64,000 bases of DNA from the IMG/VR virus record IMGVR_UViG_3300038451_000147, positions 1-64,000 of that record; one strand, written 5' to 3'. How positions within the stretch are numbered: the first letter of the stretch is position 1; each line of letters opens with the position of its first letter. The position numbers were made by a program, and so were the translations under genes. Shown piece after piece: positions 51,485 to 61,233 of the stretch. The notes beneath the pieces are model-generated. The model made no database searches and had not been told where the DNA came from. It saw nothing but the letters and a program-made list of their open reading frames with translations. Source of the DNA: a virus.

Positions 51485-51964
51485 ATGAGCATCGTTCCAC
51501 CTGCGATAGTCCAATACTGCAATACACAGGACATCGTGAGACTACTCAATCTGCAACAGTCCAGCACAGACCCCAACAAGTATCTCGTCTGGCAGATTCC
51601 GACCTCAGTAGACATCATAAACACCTTTGTCCGGTATGGGAACGAACAGACTACTGCTACATGGGGAGACCTCACCCAAAGTTCATTATTGCCTCTCGCA
51701 AGGCAGTATGCCGTCTTCACAGCCGCCCTAAATATGATAGAGACGATGACAGTAAATTGGGTGATTTCCGGTCTACCAGTGACCATCGGTGATGTCAGCA
51801 TCAACAGACTCCAAGCCATGCAAGCGGCAACAGTTGAAGTCAAAGAGAGGTTCAAAGAGGAGATAGGCATACTCTACGTCAAGTTGTCAGAAATCTCGTT
51901 CCCCAACAACTATCAGAGTCCAAGTCCATACGTTGACTTCGGTGGGAGTCCGTATTGGAGTTAG
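51485..51964 (+). CDS. Head-tail adaptor protein
   Basis: YCNTQDI N-terminus, TIGDVSI; first of three neck genes. Confidence 0.65.
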   Translation: MSIVPPAIVQYCNTQDIVRLLNLQQSSTDPNKYLVWQIPTSVDIINTFVRYGNEQTTATWGDLTQSSLLPLARQYAVFTAALNMIETMTVNWVISGLPVTIGDVSINRLQAMQAATVEVKERFKEEIGILYVKLSEISFPNNYQSPSPYVDFGGSPYWS

Positions 51965-51974
51965 GTGATTAAAA

Positions 51975-54038
51975 ATGGCTCCGCCTTTCACACCTGTAAC
52001 TGTAACAGATTCTACAACAGGAGTAGATACCATCGGCCCTTTACAACGAAATTTGATAGCGACTTGGACAACGCCTCAAACAACCACAAGCGGAACTACC
52101 ACAGACCTCTGCAATCAGCCAAAGACATTCGTTGGCAACGATGGCTACTACTACGCCTTCTATGCAGACGACATGGACGAGATAAGTTACTCCTACACCA
52201 CCGATGGAACCATTTGGACAGAGGTTCAAAATATATTCGGTAGCAAGGACACATCAGATGCCGCAGATTTCGTGGTCTGGTATGACGATGCAAGTGACAA
52301 AGTGGCAATCGCACGAATCTCGGAAGGTGACTTCACAGCCTTCTATTGGAGCATTGGCACACCATACCAAGGAGCCATAACTTGGGACTATTTTGATGAG
52401 ACGAAGATGGTGCTTTACCAATCCTACATAGAGTTTCCTAGCGTCTACATAGGCTCCAACCACGATTCCACTGGCACATATCTCTGGGTATCTGTGACAA
52501 CTGAAGACAATTCCAACAACTACTACAATGAGGTCTGGCGATACACCTACAGCGACATTTCACCTAGTTGGACTGAGATTCTGGTTACCCCAACCGACTT
52601 TTCCAGCCACGCCCTTACAGTAATCGTGGGAACTCCAACAAGCCATGATTTGGTTTTGTTCAGAGGCGGATTCACTGCATGGAGCGATGTAGTGACATTC
52701 TACTCCTCAATAAACGATGGAACATCATTTACTGCTGGCTCTCCAACATCCGGCACTTACACTCTTGAATGGAGTGGATACACGGTCTATGACGACACAG
52801 TGTATATCTCAGCAGTAGGCCCGACTGGAGAAGGCGGTGGTAGCCTATCCTTGGTAGCATATAACGCGAATACAGATTCGGTAACTGAAAACAATCTCAT
52901 ACCTACCTTCCCCATACTTTGGAGCATGGTATTCGATGGCGGAGCAACCATCTCAGTAAATCTGTATGGTTTCACCATCCTATGTGCAGGCTCAGATGAG
53001 ACCATTTCAATCACCCAAAGTCAGCCTTGGTATGAGTTCAATCCTGCCCTAATGACATGGATGGCCCCAACAACACTGTGGACAGGAAGCGAAGTCGCGC
53101 CCCAATATCCTCAGATATACTACAAGGAAGTGCCGGGTAGCCCACTATCAGCAGTAGCAGAATGGACGACCTTCGCTCCCACAAACACATGGGCCACTAT
53201 CCTGTATCCGTCAATGCTCATAGGTGGAGTCATTGGTATATTAGATACTACAAGTGATATGGAATTTATTAGTCACTACAACGCTTCCTTCTATGTATCT
53301 GATAGCGCGATTGCGATTGAGTCTCTCGGCCATCTCATTCATGAAGGAGATGCGGCTCTTGCATTAGAGTATCTCGGCTTGCTAACCAAACGTGGTATAC
53401 TAGATAGCACAACAGACATTGAATCTATCATTGTAAACATTAGCACTCTCCACAAGACCATACAGGATTACGCTTACGCAGTTGATTGGGCAGTAGGTGG
53501 AAATCTTGTAGGTCTTTTCGACATGGCCTACGCAGAAGACAAGATTTCGGTGCAAAAGTTCTGCACATACAGTCCCATCTCTGGAGCCATCCCTCTAACA
53601 GCTATGGACACCGATTACATAGCCCTTACCTACCGCCAGATGATAGACATGACTGGAATCCCCATCACCTACAGGACTCAGCATATAGTTGGCCACGATG
53701 CCTATGAGCACCCCATAATCAAATACACCGATTCCATACTCACCGCCTTCATCACCATCTTCACCAACGTAGAATACGAGTATGTTGAAGAGGGCTTCCT
53801 GCCTAACCACTACGCCAGTATGTGGATATACTGTGTAGCCCCACAGGTAGGAGACCATGTAGTGTGGCAAAGCATAGAGTGGGAAGTAAGGAACTCCATA
53901 CCGAAGGTCATCGGCAACAAGACCGTCTACTATCAGACCATCCTCAGAAGGGTGCTTGCGAATGTACCGCCAGCCGCACCTGACCCGAATACACTTAATA
54001 GTGGCGGAGTAGCAAGTCTCCCCACAGGCGACCCGTAG
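51975..54038 (+). CDS. Virion protein: large beta-rich N-terminus fused to a head-closure-like C-terminal domain
   Basis: T.DG..W motifs; C-terminal G.PITY......D.Y..P...PQVGDHVVW...EWEV; located between adaptor and terminator. Confidence 0.55.
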   Translation: MAPPFTPVTVTDSTTGVDTIGPLQRNLIATWTTPQTTTSGTTTDLCNQPKTFVGNDGYYYAFYADDMDEISYSYTTDGTIWTEVQNIFGSKDTSDAADFVVWYDDASDKVAIARISEGDFTAFYWSIGTPYQGAITWDYFDETKMVLYQSYIEFPSVYIGSNHDSTGTYLWVSVTTEDNSNNYYNEVWRYTYSDISPSWTEILVTPTDFSSHALTVIVGTPTSHDLVLFRGGFTAWSDVVTFYSSINDGTSFTAGSPTSGTYTLEWSGYTVYDDTVYISAVGPTGEGGGSLSLVAYNANTDSVTENNLIPTFPILWSMVFDGGATISVNLYGFTILCAGSDETISITQSQPWYEFNPALMTWMAPTTLWTGSEVAPQYPQIYYKEVPGSPLSAVAEWTTFAPTNTWATILYPSMLIGGVIGILDTTSDMEFISHYNASFYVSDSAIAIESLGHLIHEGDAALALEYLGLLTKRGILDSTTDIESIIVNISTLHKTIQDYAYAVDWAVGGNLVGLFDMAYAEDKISVQKFCTYSPISGAIPLTAMDTDYIALTYRQMIDMTGIPITYRTQHIVGHDAYEHPIIKYTDSILTAFITIFTNVEYEYVEEGFLPNHYASMWIYCVAPQVGDHVVWQSIEWEVRNSIPKVIGNKTVYYQTILRRVLANVPPAAPDPNTLNSGGVASLPTGDP

Positions 54039-54506
54039 ATGGTAATCATAAGTCAACCGCCAAACGGGGTAGACCCCATCCTTTTCCTACAGGGCTTGCT
54101 AGTAGGTCAAATCAGAGACGACTCAGGAACTATCGTGCGAATAACGGTAGTCTATCCGAAAGAGATACAAGGGATAACCATGCCTCTGATAATAATCAAC
54201 CAGAAGCCAGAAGAGATGAGATTCATCAGCATCCCCGCCTTGAGACGCAGATGGACTACGCCTTTCACCCTTGAGATTTGGGCCAAAAGCGTGGAGCAGA
54301 GATACGCCATAAAAGAGAGCCTGATGGCTAGACTGGATGCCATCACTGGCCCTGCAAACCAACTCGCAGATAACTATGTGTATATGTGGTTCAAGGTCAA
54401 CGAGCCGAAAGACCAACAGAAGAAGTTCGGACAGCCCATATTCACAATCGGATTCCAAGTCACACTGGTCTACGACACCCTCACAGCACAAGTGCCACCG
54501 TTATGA
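54039..54506 (+). CDS. Tail terminator protein
   Basis: MPLIII, LEIWAKSVEQR; synteny with neck genes. Confidence 0.6.
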   Translation: MVIISQPPNGVDPILFLQGLLVGQIRDDSGTIVRITVVYPKEIQGITMPLIIINQKPEEMRFISIPALRRRWTTPFTLEIWAKSVEQRYAIKESLMARLDAITGPANQLADNYVYMWFKVNEPKDQQKKFGQPIFTIGFQVTLVYDTLTAQVPPL

Positions 54507-55337
54507 TAACAAGAGAGAACTTAGGTAGCAGAAGTAACGAACAGGTCGTCAATGTCGGTGCTCTGTTCTATCCAGCCTTCTAGCCTTTTAGTAGATTGAC
54601 ATCCTCTACTGAAAGCAGTGCTTCAGAAAGTTTATCGAAGAAGGGACTTTGCACCAGTTCACCCATCAGACTATACTTGTCGGCCAGTTCAGCAACAAGG
54701 GTCAGAACGTCTTGGTCTTCCACAATCTCTGCCCCACAGTAGATGGCGATGGGAGCCTTGGTCTCCTTACAGAAGATGAAGGTGTAGTCTAAGACACGCG
54801 CAACGTGCTTGGTGTGTTTGCAGTTGGTAGAAGTGTGGTCGCCCTCAAAGAGTAGAACATATTTCCCGTCACTAGCCTTGGCCCCTGTTAGAAGCATCTT
54901 AATCCTTATAAGGAAGAAGCCTTTATTAAGCATTGCGACCAACACGCTTAAATAAGCCGAGTTAGATAGGGTGGAGCAATGGTGTATTCCAAGAAAATGG
55001 ACGAAATCTACGGGGAGACGATGTATCCAAAGTCACTGCCAACAGTCGCCTTTTCAATCACACCCACCCTCAAGGAAGTCGTTACGAGCAGAGGAATTGT
55101 AACGGAAGGGGTAAAGAGGATGGGCATCAAAATCAAAGGCACTCACTTCAAGTTGGACACCCCTATCGGGAAACTAGGAATCAAGGAGATTTCAGTTATC
55201 CATGCGAGAGACGATGGTGACTTCACCAACATCTACACGCATAGGTATTCCGTCCTAGCCATTCCCCTTCCCAAACAGCCCCGTAAGAAGTAACTAGGGA
55301 CAACCTTAAATAGTCCCTTCCCCTTTATTAATTCAGT

Positions 55338-56096
55338 ATGCCATTCGCAGACTACAAGGACTTTACCGACTGTGTGTCTAAGAACAAGTCAAAAGACGAC
55401 CCGTCAGCCTACTGTGGCTATATAAAACACCAAGTTGAGGGTGGCAAGAAGAAAGAAGAAATCATGGATTTCCCAGAGCACCAACTCTTCCATCTCGAAG
55501 AGGCAGAGAGGTCGCTTAACACAGGGCCAAGCGGAAAGAAACTTCCCTATCCCTGTCAGTATTGCACACAACAGTATCCAAGTTATTACGCTCTCTCCGA
55601 ACACATGGGTATAGACCATCCAGACAAGTTCCAACATCAAGAAGAGTCTCATGGTGGAGACCGCCAGACCAGACTACCAAAAGGAGTTCAACACACTATA
55701 AAGAGGATGGGTGGGCCTGAATCGTGGAATCCAGAAGGAATAGAGAAGGAGACTGAGAATATCAAAGAGGCTACTGCTTTCCTCAACACACTGAAGGCAA
55801 CGATTGATGAGGTCACGCTCATAGCAAAGGATACTGGTTACATGGGTGTCTCTAATAAGGTAAGTCCTACAGCACCCACCTACAGTTTCCCCGTCTCAGG
55901 AGACCTTGTAGATACCGTAGTCCATGAGGTAAAGGGCTTTGACGTTCAGACCAACTTCTACAACCAGACTATGGCTGAACTCAAAGACATCGTAAAGGAT
56001 GCCGACAAGTTCTTCATAGACGCTGGCTGGAACTCCAAGGAAACCGTCAAGGAGTATGCGAAGCACATAAAGAAGAACGGAAAGGATTTCGATTAG
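55338..56096 (+). CDS. Acidic modular protein with C2H2 finger
   Basis: PFADY.DF.DCV...AYCG, YPCQYC...H....H, helical module ending AKDTGY. Confidence 0.65.
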   Translation: MPFADYKDFTDCVSKNKSKDDPSAYCGYIKHQVEGGKKKEEIMDFPEHQLFHLEEAERSLNTGPSGKKLPYPCQYCTQQYPSYYALSEHMGIDHPDKFQHQEESHGGDRQTRLPKGVQHTIKRMGGPESWNPEGIEKETENIKEATAFLNTLKATIDEVTLIAKDTGYMGVSNKVSPTAPTYSFPVSGDLVDTVVHEVKGFDVQTNFYNQTMAELKDIVKDADKFFIDAGWNSKETVKEYAKHIKKNGKDFD

Positions 56097-56137
56097 AAGT
56101 CAGCCTTATATAGCCCCACTACTCTAATTACTACAGT

Positions 56138-58153
56138 ATGGCCAAACCAGAGGCTTACGGTAAGACATCGCCCGTCTCCACCTGCCCCATTTGTCATGAC
56201 TTCATGCTACCCGAAGAGTATGACAAGCACGTTATGACCGAGCATACCAAAGACCAACGAGAGCGACACGGAGTCAAAGTTGAGGAGAAACCGGGGCCAA
56301 AAGGCCACTTCTACGGAGATGTCTGGTCTAAATATGACGAGCAACAGCCCTACCAATTCACTCAAACCGAGTTTGATGCCATCACTAAAGATGCGTGGGA
56401 AGCAGATTGTGAGCAATGTCGAAGCATAATCGAGAACACAGAGATGGACGGCTCTGAATATGCCATCCATCCGACCTCAGAACAGAAGGCGCACATGACC
56501 GACCTCTTTGGCTATTCGGCAGAACGCGCTCAAAAGCCAACGGGCTATCTAGACCCTGAAGACCCACAATGGCAAAAGTCCGTTGAGCACATTCAAGAGA
56601 GACAAAAGAAGCCGGGTAACATAGGAACCTTCGGGCCACAATCCGGTATGCGGAGAGGAGAGCCGACTAGAGACGAGTGGCAAATCGCCAGTTATCTAGA
56701 CTCGATTGGACTGGAATACATTCACAAGATGAAACTCGGAGAGATAGACCCTACAGTTGGGAAGCCAAAGGTAGAATATGACTTCTTCATTCCATCGCTT
56801 CTGATAGCCATCGAGACCAGTCCGAGCTGGCATGAAGGTGGGCCTAGTGAACTCGCAAGGGTAGCCGAGAACGACAAGTTCAAAAGGAAGTTCGCCAAAG
56901 AGAACGGGATAGAACTCTTCGTCTACGACCCCGATGAGAAGTTCGGCAGTGCGGAGTTCATAAACACGGTCTTGGCTCCTGAACTGAGGACGCATGGTGT
57001 GGATGCCCCAGATGTGCCAGCAGGAGAAATTCCGGCTCCATCTGAGAAAGATGAAGACCTTTCGATAGAAGGGCGAACCTATGGCGACCCACGCTTCAAC
57101 GAGTGGGACACCCCGTTCATCTACAGAGAAGAAGAGGAAGATAAGAGACCAGAAAGTTGGGGAAGAGTCAAGCACAGCACTTGTGTTTGTCATGACCCAC
57201 CGAATAACAAGACTTCTTTTTGTGATGAATGTGATATGCACCATCATGATAACGATTGGATGGAAGACCATCTAGAGATACAAAGTATGCGAGAGGTTGA
57301 AGCGGATTTTGGTAAAAGAGATGAACAGAAGGGAGTAGGTTACGATTGGAACTACAACACCAAGTATCGAGAGAAACCCATTCTTGAAGAAGAAGGTGAG
57401 CCAGTCGGAGACAGTTGGAAAGTCAAAGGAAAGCACAACATATGTAAGAAGTGCGGCAAAGAAACGGAACTATGTGACATCTGCAACTATCATCACCATT
57501 TGGACAACTTTGCAGGTGAGCATGAGAAGTTCCAGATGATTGTCAACTCTGGTGGTTTTGACTGGAACAAACTGCCGCCCCAACTGCAAACCTTTGAGAG
57601 CAAGTATGGAACCGCCTTCCCTTGCCCTATGGACATAGACCCTGAAGACATGGGAACCTTCCAAAAGGAAGAGCAAACTGATGTTCCAAAAGGCGTGGTT
57701 CCACCTGAAGGATATGCAAGACAGACTACAGAAGAAGCGGCTTTGGGCGTGCTAGACCATCTGATAAAGGGTGGAGTGGAGAGTTTCGATTCGTGGGACG
57801 AAGTGATAGAGCACCTTCAGTTCTTGGTGGATACTGGTTACATCGCCAACTTCCAACCGCCCAACATCTCTGAAGAGGAGTTTGAGGTATGGAAGCCTCT
57901 CATACAAGGTATGATGAGACAGCAGACAAGATGGCCCGACCTCAAAGAGCAATCTGGGATACCCCAAAACATCCCCACTGGCGCATATACCCGACTGGAA
58001 CCCTTGACCCAAGACCAGTCTCAGAACTTTCCTAGATTCCCAGAGCGTGGGAAGGTCAACACCATAGAACAGCAGAGTGGTGGAGAAGAGTTAGAGGCCC
58101 AGAACATCCTCAAACTAGAGGAAGAGATTAAGAAACTGGAATCCCAAGTTTAG
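56138..58153 (+). CDS. Acidic modular protein with Zn modules and a Vsr/DUF559-like PD-(D/E)xK domain
   Basis: E..IA.YL...G..Y...YDFFIP...IAIE....WH...D..K...A..NG; duplicated Cys/His module. Confidence 0.7.
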   Translation: MAKPEAYGKTSPVSTCPICHDFMLPEEYDKHVMTEHTKDQRERHGVKVEEKPGPKGHFYGDVWSKYDEQQPYQFTQTEFDAITKDAWEADCEQCRSIIENTEMDGSEYAIHPTSEQKAHMTDLFGYSAERAQKPTGYLDPEDPQWQKSVEHIQERQKKPGNIGTFGPQSGMRRGEPTRDEWQIASYLDSIGLEYIHKMKLGEIDPTVGKPKVEYDFFIPSLLIAIETSPSWHEGGPSELARVAENDKFKRKFAKENGIELFVYDPDEKFGSAEFINTVLAPELRTHGVDAPDVPAGEIPAPSEKDEDLSIEGRTYGDPRFNEWDTPFIYREEEEDKRPESWGRVKHSTCVCHDPPNNKTSFCDECDMHHHDNDWMEDHLEIQSMREVEADFGKRDEQKGVGYDWNYNTKYREKPILEEEGEPVGDSWKVKGKHNICKKCGKETELCDICNYHHHLDNFAGEHEKFQMIVNSGGFDWNKLPPQLQTFESKYGTAFPCPMDIDPEDMGTFQKEEQTDVPKGVVPPEGYARQTTEEAALGVLDHLIKGGVESFDSWDEVIEHLQFLVDTGYIANFQPPNISEEEFEVWKPLIQGMMRQQTRWPDLKEQSGIPQNIPTGAYTRLEPLTQDQSQNFPRFPERGKVNTIEQQSGGEELEAQNILKLEEEIKKLESQV

Positions 58154-58196
58154 CCTTGAGAGCCGTCATGTGCCAACATTTTTGGTTATTGAACCA

Positions 58197-58667
58197 TTAT
58201 TTCCATTTGATAACAAAGGGCAATGGCCCAAACTTCAACTCAAGATAATGCCTAGCATTACAAGGTCTGCAAGTTACTTCCAAATCTTCTATTGACCTCT
58301 CGCCAGAGAGGATTTTTTTGTAAAAGGTCGTAGTTTTACTGCTACCATTATGCTTGTGTTTGTAATCAGTCTTATTTCCGCCACCCTTCTTATGATTAAC
58401 CTCAAGCAATCGAATATCATCGCATCCACAATAGACACATTTTGGAACTTCAAAACCAGATACCTTCTGAAAGACCTTCAGACGATGCTCAAGATACCAC
58501 TTATGAAGACGTTCAGCATATCCTGTTTTTTCTCGCCAACTTTTGTTCTTTCTGTTCATCTCATCTCTATGCACTTCACGATAGTTTCTGTCATACTTAC
58601 ATTGGCAATCTTTACATCGGCTTTGTCTTGGAGCGTCTATCTCTTTTCCACAAGAACAATGAGGCAT
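58197..58667 (-). CDS. HNH-like endonuclease
   Basis: CVYCG...LLEVNHKKGGG...LEVTCRPCN. Confidence 0.75.
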   Translation of the reverse strand: MPHCSCGKEIDAPRQSRCKDCQCKYDRNYREVHRDEMNRKNKSWREKTGYAERLHKWYLEHRLKVFQKVSGFEVPKCVYCGCDDIRLLEVNHKKGGGNKTDYKHKHNGSSKTTTFYKKILSGERSIEDLEVTCRPCNARHYLELKFGPLPFVIKWK

Positions 58668-58693
58668 ACTTCCTTATTAGAGGATTGTGGTAT

Positions 58694-58924
58694 TTAACTC
58701 TTGTGACTGCTAACATCATTCACATACGCAAGAAGAAGAGTCATATGACGACAATGCCTATGAACCCAAAAACCCAGACAGTCGCACGACCCCACATTCG
58801 CTTCTCTACTGTAGAAGAGGTTGTGTGGTAGGTCTTCGGGATGAGACTTGGATTTGACTGTAGCGAACACTAAACCACCTTCATCTTGCAATATAGTTAC
58901 TTCAGACATTTCTCTTTCTCCCAT
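58694..58924 (-). CDS. SWIM-type Zn finger protein
   Basis: CDC........CRH. Confidence 0.65.
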   Translation of the reverse strand: MGEREMSEVTILQDEGGLVFATVKSKSHPEDLPHNLFYSREANVGSCDCLGFWVHRHCRHMTLLLAYVNDVSSHKS

Positions 58925-59432
58925 AATATTCTTGAAGCAAAGGTTCTACAATGCTTCTAATGTTACTCCAACGCCTACCCACTTTAACTTCATAAGCGAC
59001 TTGGCAATTCATACAACAGGTTTCCAAATCGTCTGTCTTCCTCTTTCCAGATACTATCATTCTATAAAGGTCGTTGCCTTCTAGTTTTAGAGCCTTTCTT
59101 TCAGAATTGCCGCCCCCGTTCTTATGGTTGATAGATAAAATCAAAGGATTTGCTTCACCACAATACACACACTTTGTCCCAACAATTCTCAACGCCTTGC
59201 TTTTTACTCTCCAATTATAATTGCCAGCATATTCGGGATGCTCTCGAAGATAATGTCTATGATAGCCTTCGTAAGACAAACCCTTTATCTGTCGCTTTCT
59301 TGCTGTCTCAATTGAGCATTTTTTACATTGTGTGCGATACCAAAATTTGCCAGTCTTTGTGTTCCTATTAACATAGAACTCAGAAAGAGGTCGCTCTACT
59401 CCACATTTAGTGCAAACCTTAGAAGTTATCAC
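58902..59432 (-). CDS. HNH-like endonuclease
   Basis: CTKCG..RPLSEFY...CKKC; CVYCG...LSINHKNGGG...LETCCMNC. Confidence 0.75.
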   Translation of the reverse strand: MITSKVCTKCGVERPLSEFYVNRNTKTGKFWYRTQCKKCSIETARKRQIKGLSYEGYHRHYLREHPEYAGNYNWRVKSKALRIVGTKCVYCGEANPLILSINHKNGGGNSERKALKLEGNDLYRMIVSGKRKTDDLETCCMNCQVAYEVKVGRRWSNIRSIVEPLLQEYYGRKRNV

Positions 59433-60522
59433 AGTAGCATTATAGCATTTCTACTATAAAAACATTTTGGTAGAAATCCTGTAGAACCTCTACCTCATTT
59501 GGACTTTGGTTGCTCTGGATAGCCAAGTTGCTTCCGCCTCTTCTCCCTCTCTTCCTTCGTGTCGTAAGGAAGTATTGTTCCCGACTCGAAGCCTATCTCA
59601 TTCTGCATTATGGCGGGAGCGTTGGTGACTGGCTCGATGCTTCCCAAGCCGCTTCCTGTTGAGTAGATGACGCATTCTGGTCTCATATGTGCCAAATCGT
59701 CCTCTTCAGTCAGGATAGTGACATGATGAGTTGTGCAGACTCTTTCTATTCCCATGCTACCACTTACTGGCTCTCTGCCCTATATAAAGATTCGTTGAAA
59801 CCTTTGACCAATGCTTCAAGTCTTCTCTTGCCTACCCTCTGATAATCAGTCTCTAAATCTTCAAGTGCTCTCGTCACTTCAAGAATGGTGTAGTTTATAG
59901 CTTTGTGCGCCCAAAACTCGCACTCGGATTCAGGAACGGGTTTGCTTAGATTGTCTGTCTCTGTCATCCCATTGATTGAATCCAAGTAATCCATATAGGC
60001 TTGATTGCTTGCATCAAGACACTTCTGGCAGAAGTTCATTGCTTCATCCCTCTGAATACTGCTACAATCCACCAGACGGCGGCTTGAAGCATCAACGTGG
60101 CTGTAGTTATGAGGAGTCCTTCTTCGTAGAAACATGGAACCATGAACGTGAGCAAGGCCGAACACGGAATCGAAGTCTTTCGTGGAACTTGGGCGTTCTT
60201 ATTCCATGCAGTAGGCATCGTAGTAAGTGCTAATCCGAATGACGCTATTGCTATCAGTAAATCCCATATCAAAGAGACCCCACCCTCTCGATACCGCCAA
60301 AGTCTTGCATTAGAAGGTAAGTGCCTTCTGGTGTAAGTGGCCACGCCTTTGATTCGTAGACAAGTTTGTATGAGTCTTGGTCTGGGTCGTAGACAACACC
60401 AACAAGTTTCGCGTCAGAAGGGAGATGGGACTTAATCCTGTAAACCCCATTCAACTTGAACATCTCTTGCATTCCTTCCCTAGTCACCAAAAGGAACTTC
60501 TTGCCAGTCATGGGTTGAGGCA

Positions 60523-61233
60523 TCATTCTTCCTCACCCTCTTCCTCTTTCTCTGGCATCTTGGTCTCGAAGTCTTCGATGGTAAGAGGCTCCTTTGTCTC
60601 ATACTTGCAGATGTCTTCCATCTTCATCTCCTCTAGCCAGCCACTATGGAGTAGGATAGACCGGGCCAGAAGGTAGTAAACGGTGGCGATGGCCTTGGCT
60701 CCCACGTTGTTAGCCGGAATAGCGATATCCACATCCTCAAAGGTGGCGTTGGTGTTGCAGATGGCTATGACAGGGATGCCTATGCTAGAGGCTTCATACA
60801 TGGCTCGTCTGTCTCCTCTCATGGCTTCCCCTATCTTCTGTGGGACTCCATTAGTAGGGTCTGAGACCACCAGACAGTCAGCATCCACATAACTCTTGAT
60901 TTGAGAGTTGGTGAGGCTTCCCGCAACGAGACGGTGCATAACTATTGGGATGAGGGTAGCGGCATTGAAAGACTTGAGGGCATTGTCGAATCTGGGGTCT
61001 GTAGCATAGAACAAGGGTCTCATTGCAGGGTCTTGTCCATGTCGGCTTATGTGTTTGCCCACCACATCCAGTTTGTTCAGAATGGCGTTGATGTCCATCA
61101 ATGGATTGCCAGCCGGAGAAACCTCAGAGACATAGATGGCCATGTCTTTGGTGACACCGCCCTTTACCCCGATGTGGATGCCAGTGGCTCTGAGAGCGTC
61201 CTCTGTCAGCATCTTGGGAAGGATGAGACTCAT
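60523..61233 (-). CDS. rps2: Archaeal-type 30S ribosomal protein uS2 homolog
   Basis: GIHIG, TKDM, RLVAGSLTN, VVSDP, EASSIGIPVIAICNTN, VDIAIPANNVGAKAI...YYLLARSIL. Confidence 0.9.
   Translation of the reverse strand: MSLILPKMLTEDALRATGIHIGVKGGVTKDMAIYVSEVSPAGNPLMDINAILNKLDVVGKHISRHGQDPAMRPLFYATDPRFDNALKSFNAATLIPIVMHRLVAGSLTNSQIKSYVDADCLVVSDPTNGVPQKIGEAMRGDRRAMYEASSIGIPVIAICNTNATFEDVDIAIPANNVGAKAIATVYYLLARSILLHSGWLEEMKMEDICKYETKEPLTIEDFETKMPEKEEEGEEE

Noticed and set aside
12212-57275. Numerous antisense or nested ORFs of 60-200 aa in the ORF track
   Set aside because: They overlap well-supported genes on the opposite strand or in another frame and lack motifs or promoters.
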